Shown here: one piece after another, positions 16,759-24,631 of the stretch | Layout: each line of letters starts with the position of its first letter | Numbering within the stretch: position 1 is the stretch's first letter | Assembly: GCA_964518635.1 (NCBI GenBank) | Contig: CAZFGK010000002.1 | Location: 101,803-165,802 of the forward strand | Length of the DNA: 64,000 nt | Reading direction: 5' to 3' | Source: an uncultured Ignavibacteriales bacterium | GTDB taxonomy: Bacteria > Zixibacteria > MSB-5A5 > GN15 > FEB-12 | The notes under the pieces: model-generated | Database searches by the model: none | Told to the model about the DNA's origin: nothing | What the model saw: the letters and a program-made list of their open reading frames with translations, nothing else | Made by a program: the position numbers and the translations under genes

Positions 16759-19263
16759 TCACTTCGATTGAGAAAGTTTCTCAACACTCTTGATGAGTTT
16801 TGTCAGCTGCTTTTTCAATTCCTCATTCTGTTCAGCAAGCAACTGATTCTGCTTCTTCATCTCTTTGTTCTGTCGATTGAGCTCCTGGATCGCAGCAAGT
16901 GCTACTCCAGAGGGATCAATCGTTGAGATCGATTTCCCATCTGAACCGACTCCAAAAGTCTCTTTGAAATCCTGCGCGGTTGGTCCGATATGGTCGATTT
17001 TGTCATCACTCTTGTAATTCCACTTGGTGATCTCAAGCTCCGAGATCTTTTCGAGAAGCTCTGCTCCATCAACTTTTTCAAAATTCTCCTTAACGTTTTT
17101 GTCAGAAGCATTGATCCAGTTTGTTCCGTCGCAAGTTGCCCCACCAACTGTGACTTGAACGCCAGTTGCAGACGCGGTCATGGAAATCGAATTGATAACC
17201 GGTATCCCAGGTGGGAGTCCGTTCAGTCGCAAGGATGAACTGTCCGCCGTACTGAGAAGTTCGGCTGAATAGTCTTCAGTGCCGTCATCGGATGGGTCAG
17301 TCGAAATGCGACACGATGAGCTCGGATTTGCTGCATGTATCTTGTTTAATATTATTCCGCGGGCCTCTGCAATTCCATCGCCGTCTGCGTCGGTAGTGAC
17401 TTCGGTGAGTGAGGAATCTGAGGAAGAACTTGATATCACCCGATTCTTATCTGCTCCGGTTCCCTTTGTATTGATTGCTACGCTGGAAGTCGTTGGGGTG
17501 AGTCGTTGTTCTATCGAATTGTCAGGATCACCATCATCATCATGATCCAGAACTAAATCAGCTCGAATGGGTTTTGTAATAGTTGATGTCGGGGATCCGG
17601 TATGGGTCTCGAAGTACGATTCCGGATTGCCGTCGCCGTCATCATCGGTCGATACCTTGTGGGAAGCCGAATCTGGATACGCTAATAAACTCACAGCGTT
17701 TGACTGTCCGCTCAATCCTCGAGAGAGCGTGTTTATCACCGTCGCGGTCGGGAGATTACGTTGGTTGATTTCTCGTGTTGCTTGCCCCGCAACGAAGTGA
17801 GACGCGGAAATTTGTACCACAGAATCGGGATAAGTTGACGAAATTACTCGATTCGGATCTGCTCCAGTACCTTTAGTCTTTATTACCACGCTGGAGCTTG
17901 TAGGTGTTACGCTCGATTCAATTTCACTTTCAGGGTCGCCGTCCCCGTCATCGTCGTTGCCCATCCGGGAAACTAGAGTGGTGTGACCGGGGCTAGGGCA
18001 ACAAAGACCGCCCCAACGTGCATAGCTGTTACTTCCAGTTGAGGCACTCGAATCCAATATCTCAAAACTAACCCCACCTGTGTCGGTAATCATGACAATG
18101 CGTTGCTGGTCATCATCTACCCCTTTTGGTTGGCTCAACATCACCCTCGTGGCTGTGGGGGTGACACTTGTTTCGAATTCACTGTCATCCACTCCGTCCC
18201 CGTCGTCATCTGAGCCCATCCGTAAGAGCGTGGTGTGACCGGGACCTGTGCGTATTCGCGTAGAGCTATGTGCTGCAGTAGCAGAACTTGAATCAAGAAG
18301 CTCTACCCCTGCGCCTCCAGAATCGGTTACAAGTCTCACAATTCCGTTCGCTCCGGTTCCCCTAGTCGTTATTGCCTTCAAAGAGGTGCCAGTTGGAGTT
18401 ACTAACGACTCCATTTCCCCTTCTGGAATTCCATCCCCATCGTCATCTACTCGCATCAATACATCAGCTCGTTTTCCGCCCCCATCATTCACGATTCGAT
18501 AGGATGACGAAGCACCAGAAACGTGACCAGAATCCAGAAGTTCAAGAGTAGCTCCCCCCGTATCCGCTCCGGCTCTTGCGAGTGCAATTGCACCCGTTCC
18601 TTTGGTCTGAATCGCCTTCATCGATCCGCCTCTCGAGTCGCTGGAGATCTCTGTGGAACTCTCAAAGACACCGTTCCCCTTGACCGCCTTCATCGACCCG
18701 CCAGTGCTTGTACTGGAGATCTCAGTGATAGTCTCGAAGACACCGTTCCCATCGTCGTCCACGGAAAGTTCCATACTTGAACTTGGACCAGCTGCTCCTC
18801 CGGGTTTGGATAAAATGATACCTCTTGCCTCTGATAGACCATTTGTCGCCTTGCTCCGAACAGACGAAGCTGTGAGCGCACTAGGCACAGCCCTCAACTG
18901 AGTTCTCGGCGATATCGGAGGGTCACCAACCAACTCGATCTCCATAGAGGGTGTGAAAAACTGTTCTGGATGGTCGTGAAAATCAGTCGAATAGTCCGGT
19001 GAATTGCATCCAATACATACGGTAAAGAGTCCGTCAACGGTGTTAACAGTGACAACCTCTGTGTGAAGCAAAGTGCCGCCAATCGAATCACTCCAGAGCC
19101 GAATAGTCATGCTTCTCGGACCGTCTGGTACCGGGTTGTTCGATGCATCAGTCAGTCTTCCCTGGTAGGAAAGCGGGGGGATGTCCCCGCCATGCGTTGT
19201 GGCGGCGATCACCAGAACCAGTGTTGCGATTGTCGAAGTGATGAGAGTTGAAATGCGGGGCAT
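16759..19263 (-). CDS. Secreted tail-fibre-like protein with Asp-rich Ca-binding-type repeat modules and a C-terminal S74 intramolecular chaperone domain
   Basis: 834 aa with an N-terminal signal peptide and YQGRLTD..G.P..DG....T..LW, as in tail fiber domain-containing proteins. Repeated modules contain DDDGDG/DDDGNG. The C-terminus reads SDKNVKENFEKVDGAELLEKISELEITKWNYKSD..IGPTAQDFKETFG..ISTIDPSGVALAAIQELNRQNKE plus a coiled coil. Confidence 0.8.
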   Translation of the reverse strand: MPRISTLITSTIATLVLVIAATTHGGDIPPLSYQGRLTDASNNPVPDGPRSMTIRLWSDSIGGTLLHTEVVTVNTVDGLFTVCIGCNSPDYSTDFHDHPEQFFTPSMEIELVGDPPISPRTQLRAVPSALTASSVRSKATNGLSEARGIILSKPGGAAGPSSSMELSVDDDGNGVFETITEISSTSTGGSMKAVKGNGVFESSTEISSDSRGGSMKAIQTKGTGAIALARAGADTGGATLELLDSGHVSGASSSYRIVNDGGGKRADVLMRVDDDGDGIPEGEMESLVTPTGTSLKAITTRGTGANGIVRLVTDSGGAGVELLDSSSATAAHSSTRIRTGPGHTTLLRMGSDDDGDGVDDSEFETSVTPTATRVMLSQPKGVDDDQQRIVMITDTGGVSFEILDSSASTGSNSYARWGGLCCPSPGHTTLVSRMGNDDDGDGDPESEIESSVTPTSSSVVIKTKGTGADPNRVISSTYPDSVVQISASHFVAGQATREINQRNLPTATVINTLSRGLSGQSNAVSLLAYPDSASHKVSTDDDGDGNPESYFETHTGSPTSTITKPIRADLVLDHDDDGDPDNSIEQRLTPTTSSVAINTKGTGADKNRVISSSSSDSSLTEVTTDADGDGIAEARGIILNKIHAANPSSSCRISTDPSDDGTEDYSAELLSTADSSSLRLNGLPPGIPVINSISMTASATGVQVTVGGATCDGTNWINASDKNVKENFEKVDGAELLEKISELEITKWNYKSDDKIDHIGPTAQDFKETFGVGSDGKSISTIDPSGVALAAIQELNRQNKEMKKQNQLLAEQNEELKKQLTKLIKSVEKLSQSK

Positions 19264-19800
19264 AGCTATCCCTTCCTGTCTAGTGCGGAATTCACGCTTT
19301 CGCGCTGTTTCGCACGTGGTTTACCTGTTATTCGTTCAAAATATCTGAACTCAGCAGCGGTGTGCTGATGGTTACCACATAATCTGTCGGGGGTTAGGGG
19401 AATGCCCGACGAGAGTCAAGGAGCATGGTGCCTACGGAAGTATACTAGAAACTCGCGTGTATTGCATATCAAATTCTGTGCCTGTATGCCCATCTATAAT
19501 TCTTTAAGATCAATCTCTCATTCGCATTACTCGACGTTGAATCTCTTATCCTAAAGGTAAGAGTTGAATCTGAGTTGTCTAAAAGGGGGTTGCGGAAAAA
19601 CATCGATTGATGTTCATTTGACATGATGATTTCAAGAAGTGATCAGATGAGATACAAATCTCGCATTCAAGTCAGTTCTTACTAATCACAGGCCTCTTCT
19701 TTCGCTGAATTTTCCGAGTGAAAACTCGGGCTCAGATAACAGGATTTGGAATAGCCAGCTTGCTGGCGTTCTATCGGTCTGAAATGGCGAAGGAGGTCTT

Positions 19801-21852
19801 ATGCGTCCAAAGTTCCTTAAACTCACTCTTCCCCTCTTGATTTCATTAGTAATATCAGCGAAGGCGGACACTGTCTATGTGACAGTGGACAACCTCTCCG
19901 GAGTTACTGCGAGTGATGTCCACTTGTACTTTTCTGGTGGAGGTGGTGTGCTCTTCGTCGCACCACTCACAGTCATCGCTCCAGGATGCCCTGTTCCTGT
20001 TGTCACGACTAACCCACCAGTTGTCAGCAATCAGGTTGATATTGATTGGGGAATCTCCTGTGTGATGAATGGGACATCTGTCTCTCTCGTTGTCGCAAGC
20101 CCAAATGGTCCTCTCGTTTTGGATTCCATTTGCTGGACAGTTTCGGGCTCTGTTGTCGGGTGTCAGACATTCGGCATTGGTCTCATCGTCATGCCTCCTC
20201 CAGGGCCGTTTGGTGCGATCAAAATTCGCACTCGGTGTGTACCGAAAGGCCCAGTCATTTGCACCAAGTGGTTTCCGCCGGGAGTCATTCGGCCATTCTG
20301 CTGGGCGAGGTGGTGTTGTATCCCCAATCGACAGATTTACTACCGCGCATATTACTGTCCATTCCCGAACAGAATTTCGCGTTTCTTTGAGACCGGTCCG
20401 TGGATTCCTTTGGACTCAGTATGGAGAAAAGGTGGAATGAAGGGACCGTTCTATGGGTGGATTTTCAGAACAGTACCCCCACCGCCTGACTCAATTATTC
20501 AGGGTCCTCCTCCGGAAATTCAACAACTCGCACGCCCCCCGTATGCCCCATGGGATGAAGAGTTGCAAGTTGTCCGCACCGATGACACAGGCAAGTCTTG
20601 GCAGCAAGGACACGATTTCATCGAGTCATTCTTCGATATCTTCCACCAATTGGTAGTCACCAGCGATACTACACCAGCCCTGATGACACTTTCCGACCAC
20701 TTGATGGCAAATGCCCCCTGTTGGGATTCGGCTCGAATGGAAGTTACAGAATTGCGCCTTGAAATGCAGCAACTGCAATTGGTAAGTCCAATTCCGCAGT
20801 TACCTCCAATGATCGGTGCCCTCAACGGGATAGAGATCGAGCTCAATGCCCTCTCCCTACAGGGGCTTGCTGGAAATCCAGCGCCGCCACCCTCTTACTT
20901 CAACCTTTCGAACGCGTTCATGGGGTTGTCGTCTCAAATCAACTCTCTTGCGGGGTTATCGCCGCGATTTGTGCACGCATCACAAGATCTAGCGCTCATC
21001 GCACAAGGGTTTCAGGTATCTGGTAGTGCTGTCGCGGCAGGGCTCCTGACGCAGGATCAACAGGATGCGTTTAGATGGGGACTATTCAACCGTTTTGCGC
21101 AACATAGCGAAATGGTTGCAACAGCAATGTCTCCTCATGCGCGTGTGCAGCTTTCCGCTCCTCAGATCGAGTGGGAGCAATCGACGATAAATGGAGTCAT
21201 GGTCGTCACCCAGTCTGATCAGTCTTGCCCTGTCGATACTTCTATGCAGAATCTATCCTCAATGTCGCGTTTTGATATAGACTTGATGCCCCACTTGTCA
21301 TCAGCTCAGATGGCAGTCTGGTTTAAAGTGCCGGGCGCATTAGCGCAGTACCAAGTATTTGCTCCTACCGACGGTCAGACCTTGCCAACTTTACCTCTCG
21401 TGATCGGAGACATCGACGATGACAATTGTGTTGGCTTGACTGATCTCCTGCAAGTGACTGCCGATCAGGGAGAGGGCGGTCTTGCTGCCGATTCAGTCCC
21501 TTCGTCAGATGTGAACCATGATGGTATTGTTGATACAACGGATTTGCAGATTGTACAGAACAATCTCGGTCAATGCGGAGACAACTGGATTCCACTAGTG
21601 CCAGCATGCTCGCTTCCGAGTTGCTGTGTCGGTCCAGTCGTTGGCAATGTTGACTGCGATCTTGCGCAATCAGTTGATATCGCTGATTTGACAGTTCTCG
21701 TTGACCACTTGTTCATTTCGTTTGCGCCTTTGTGCTGCAACAACGAAGCAAATGTCGACGGTGATCTTCTGGTGAGCATTGATATCGGCGATCTGACCGT
21801 TCTCGTCGATCACTTGTTCATATCATTCACACCACTGCTACCTTGTCCTTAA
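19801..21852 (+). CDS. Secreted protein of unknown function with one canonical dockerin-like segment and a twin DI(A/G)DLTVLVDHLFISF C-terminal module
   Basis: 683 aa with a signal peptide (MRPKFLKLTLPLLISLVISAKA), GGAGG upstream, a Cys/Trp/Pro-rich N-terminal region, and GDIDDDNCVGLTDLL..SDVNHDGIVDTTDLQIV. It ends ..VDIADLTVLVDHLFISFAPLCC..IDIGDLTVLVDHLFISFTPLLPCP. Confidence 0.75.
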   Translation: MRPKFLKLTLPLLISLVISAKADTVYVTVDNLSGVTASDVHLYFSGGGGVLFVAPLTVIAPGCPVPVVTTNPPVVSNQVDIDWGISCVMNGTSVSLVVASPNGPLVLDSICWTVSGSVVGCQTFGIGLIVMPPPGPFGAIKIRTRCVPKGPVICTKWFPPGVIRPFCWARWCCIPNRQIYYRAYYCPFPNRISRFFETGPWIPLDSVWRKGGMKGPFYGWIFRTVPPPPDSIIQGPPPEIQQLARPPYAPWDEELQVVRTDDTGKSWQQGHDFIESFFDIFHQLVVTSDTTPALMTLSDHLMANAPCWDSARMEVTELRLEMQQLQLVSPIPQLPPMIGALNGIEIELNALSLQGLAGNPAPPPSYFNLSNAFMGLSSQINSLAGLSPRFVHASQDLALIAQGFQVSGSAVAAGLLTQDQQDAFRWGLFNRFAQHSEMVATAMSPHARVQLSAPQIEWEQSTINGVMVVTQSDQSCPVDTSMQNLSSMSRFDIDLMPHLSSAQMAVWFKVPGALAQYQVFAPTDGQTLPTLPLVIGDIDDDNCVGLTDLLQVTADQGEGGLAADSVPSSDVNHDGIVDTTDLQIVQNNLGQCGDNWIPLVPACSLPSCCVGPVVGNVDCDLAQSVDIADLTVLVDHLFISFAPLCCNNEANVDGDLLVSIDIGDLTVLVDHLFISFTPLLPCP

Positions 21853-21875
21853 TGGCTGAGTAGCTTTCGAAGTCG

Positions 21876-21910
21876 GGGCTGCCACACTTGATGTGGCAGC
21901 CCTCTTTTTT
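21876..21910 (+). terminator. Rho-independent terminator
   Basis: GGGCTGCCACA-CTTGA-TGTGGCAGCCC forms an 11-bp stem followed by TCTTTTTT, 24 nt after the stop at 21850-21852. Confidence 0.7.
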
Positions 21911-22115
21911 CGTTTCGGTTTCATGTAACAAGTGTTGGAGATATGAGTTCTATTGGAGTGGTGCTTGATAAAATCGGCACTCGCTGGATGCTGAATTGCT
22001 CGAAGAATTAAGAGCTGAACGGTAGTAATGGAAATAAATCGGACGGATTCCTGTTCAAATCCGCCCGAACTTCTTATCTGTCTAAAGTGCTCAAGACTTG
22101 TTTAGAAGTCACATT

Positions 22116-24236
22116 TCAGATGCAAGCCGGCAGAGGCGCAAATGAAATGAACAAGTGATCTACAAGAACAGTCAGGTCAGCAATGTCGATGCTACTGTCA
22201 ACAAGCACGTCTGCTTCATCAGGGCAGCAGAGCGGCGGAAAGCTGATAAAGAGGTGATCGACCAGTACTGTCAGATCGGCGATATCGACGCTATGCAATA
22301 CATCGCAATCGATATTCCCCCGCGTACCAATACAACAGCTAGTGCTACTTCCAGTAATGACAAACGACAGATCAAGCGACTGCGTGAAAGCCGGTGGTTC
22401 ATACATTTCAATCCAAGGTACTGAAGGAATGAATGGCGTCCCCTGTCGTATCCGTGCTATGCCCGTGGTTGATCCGGACATTCCTGCGAATGGACCGCCG
22501 GGATTACCCACAAAATCGATTCGGTAGGAAATGTCGAAGAAACTTCCGACACCCCACTGGGGACCGACTTGAGTAAGATTAGTTTGACCCGGGCTAGGCA
22601 TACCAAAAGTAGTCCCTGCGGTAATTCGCAGCAGATCAAAATCAGGATCACCCACAATTTGACCCTGCATTTCAAAATAGTCAGTGGGAAATATTTGCGG
22701 TGACGCAAATGGTACACGTGGAGCGGTATGGACCGTATTGAGAGGTAGCGGAATATTGACGATGCGGGCATACCCCAAGAAGGCGCCCGTACCATTCATT
22801 CTGAGTTGAAGTTGGGAGTTGAATTGCGATTGCGTGCCGCCGAGTCCGCCCCCCGGAGTTTCTACCACACCACTAATCGAATGCATGATCGCGTTGCATT
22901 CAATCGTGGTGGCAGGTGGCAATCCGCTTGAAATGTAAAAGAGATCATTATTGTCAAAGGGACAGGTGGCTACTTGCGTGGCTGTCCCGAATCCGTTGTC
23001 TGGAGCAATACAGATAGCTGCCGGAGTCAGCGTACGGTAGACAGCATCATCATTGAAATGATTCTGCGTCGATTTCCAACCCCAACGCTGGCCAGCCGAT
23101 GTGTCGGCAAGCTGTGCCGAAATACTAAGCCAATAGATTGTGCCGAAAGTCTGATTGAACCACTTCGGTGGCTTGAGTAACACATCGTACTGCCAATATT
23201 CGTTGTGGTTCGCAAAGACGAAAAACGGAAAATATGGGTCGTACCAGCCCTCAAATAATCCCGGAGTGATAGGCGTCATGACATAGTCAGTTACGGTATC
23301 AGCCCACAAAAGTGTTCCGGGGTGGCTGTAGGGAAGATCAAACCCGGCTGGAACATCCGTATAAATCTCCAGATAGAATCGATCGATCTTTTCAGCCTGT
23401 CCGTTGATGAAAGAGCCCCAGAAATGGAGGTCTTTCACCGGACCAGTCTCAGAGCAACTCCAGTCGTCGCTAAGTCGACGTGGCCACGTTGCCGAAACAT
23501 CCCAGCCGGTTTCGTCGGGATGCTGGGCAAAATGCATCTTATGGCTATCCCCCGGTACCCAGCGCGGACAGCCTTGATAAAATCTGATGTTGCGATTCGT
23601 CGAACCGGACATCCCTGCAAGTGATCCACCGGGCGCACCGACAAAATCAATTCTGTACTCTATATCAAAAAAGCTCTCAGATGACCATCCTGGGGTTTGT
23701 TGCGAAAAAGTAGTATGTCCCGGGCTTGGCATACCAAAATTGGTACCTGCGACGATTCGAAGCAGATCGAAATCGGGGTCACCAAAAATTTGTCCGAAAT
23801 GTTCATCAAGGTAGCCGTCAAATGGCTGAACGATCTCAAATGCAGTCCGGGGAGCGTTTTGGAACTGCACTTGAACCGGCATGACTATATTGCGTGAAAA
23901 ACCGACGAGTGCTCCGGTGCCGTTCAAATTCATCTTGAGCTGAGCATTGGCGGTGACGGTCTCTCCCAACAGTGGACCACCGGGAACACTGACTATTCCT
24001 GAAAAGTTTTCAAGTGATGCATGAATCTCGATTGTCGATCCAAACGGAAGACCATTGACGATTTGCATGGTTTGACCGCAGCACGGCGTATATGAACAGG
24101 GAGCTGGGAAATTGGCCGTTCCAAATCCATTGTCTGCTGCGGCACATGGTGAACAGGGTACCGACGGTTGCGCATGAATCACTGACGCAAACAGCACAAA
24201 ACACAGCATGACCGCAGACCATCGAATCGCTCTCAT
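22116..24236 (-). CDS. Secreted protein with an internally duplicated ~200-aa domain and the twin dockerin-like C-terminal module
   Basis: Start chosen at MRAIRWSAVMLCFVLFASVIHA, with GGAGG 7 nt upstream. Two alignable copies of ..DNGFGTA....C.....G.P....IE......SG.V..PGG.LGG.........L.MNGTGA..G..R....P.....APR..F...Q.F........GQI.GDPDFDLLRI.AGT.FGMPSPG.T.......W....FFDI.YRIDFVG.PGG..AGMSGST... It ends VDIADLTVLVDHLFISFPPLCC..IDIADLTVLVDHLFISFAPLPACI. Confidence 0.75.
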   Translation of the reverse strand: MRAIRWSAVMLCFVLFASVIHAQPSVPCSPCAAADNGFGTANFPAPCSYTPCCGQTMQIVNGLPFGSTIEIHASLENFSGIVSVPGGPLLGETVTANAQLKMNLNGTGALVGFSRNIVMPVQVQFQNAPRTAFEIVQPFDGYLDEHFGQIFGDPDFDLLRIVAGTNFGMPSPGHTTFSQQTPGWSSESFFDIEYRIDFVGAPGGSLAGMSGSTNRNIRFYQGCPRWVPGDSHKMHFAQHPDETGWDVSATWPRRLSDDWSCSETGPVKDLHFWGSFINGQAEKIDRFYLEIYTDVPAGFDLPYSHPGTLLWADTVTDYVMTPITPGLFEGWYDPYFPFFVFANHNEYWQYDVLLKPPKWFNQTFGTIYWLSISAQLADTSAGQRWGWKSTQNHFNDDAVYRTLTPAAICIAPDNGFGTATQVATCPFDNNDLFYISSGLPPATTIECNAIMHSISGVVETPGGGLGGTQSQFNSQLQLRMNGTGAFLGYARIVNIPLPLNTVHTAPRVPFASPQIFPTDYFEMQGQIVGDPDFDLLRITAGTTFGMPSPGQTNLTQVGPQWGVGSFFDISYRIDFVGNPGGPFAGMSGSTTGIARIRQGTPFIPSVPWIEMYEPPAFTQSLDLSFVITGSSTSCCIGTRGNIDCDVLHSVDIADLTVLVDHLFISFPPLCCPDEADVLVDSSIDIADLTVLVDHLFISFAPLPACI

Positions 24237-24496
24237 ATTTCCTCCTGTATTCCAATTGAATCTCGACTCCCTTTTTTCATTCAAAAAAAGAGAACCTTAC
24301 TGCCATCAATTTTCAAAGGATGTCAGAGTGCGGAAAGAAATATTGAGTCGAAGTCGAGGATAACTGTCATCCTCGAGGTCGTGGAGAGCGGGAGGATTCC
24401 GCACATGAGACTAAGTAATGTAGTGTGGCGGGTTTGCAGGTCAAGAGGAAAATACAATGCGATTCGTTAGTAGCGAAAGCGACATGGACAAACAGT

Positions 24497-24533
24497 TAGG
24501 TGGCACACCCTTTAGGGTGTGAAGTTAGTGATG
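24497..24533. repeat. Solo copy of the MITE terminal inverted repeat
   Basis: TAGGTGGCACACCCTTTAGGGTGTGAAGTTAGTGATG matches the left TIR of the elements at 4729 and 6197 and contains the hairpin CACACCC-TTTA-GGGTGTG. No element interior follows. Confidence 0.6.
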
Positions 24534-24631
24534 AGGACGGGTGTCCCTAATCTCCAGATCAGGGTTCCTGCTTCAATAAATCTTCTGTAACAAAAAAACC
24601 CAAACTGTCCGCTGGACACCCTGCTCCCCCT

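Noticed and set aside
17340-18770. Periodic repeats that could suggest a CRISPR-like or satellite array.
   Set aside because: The repeats are long (about 300 nt), degenerate, in frame and inside a continuous 834-aa ORF. They are protein-module repeats, with no short identical direct repeats or spacers.
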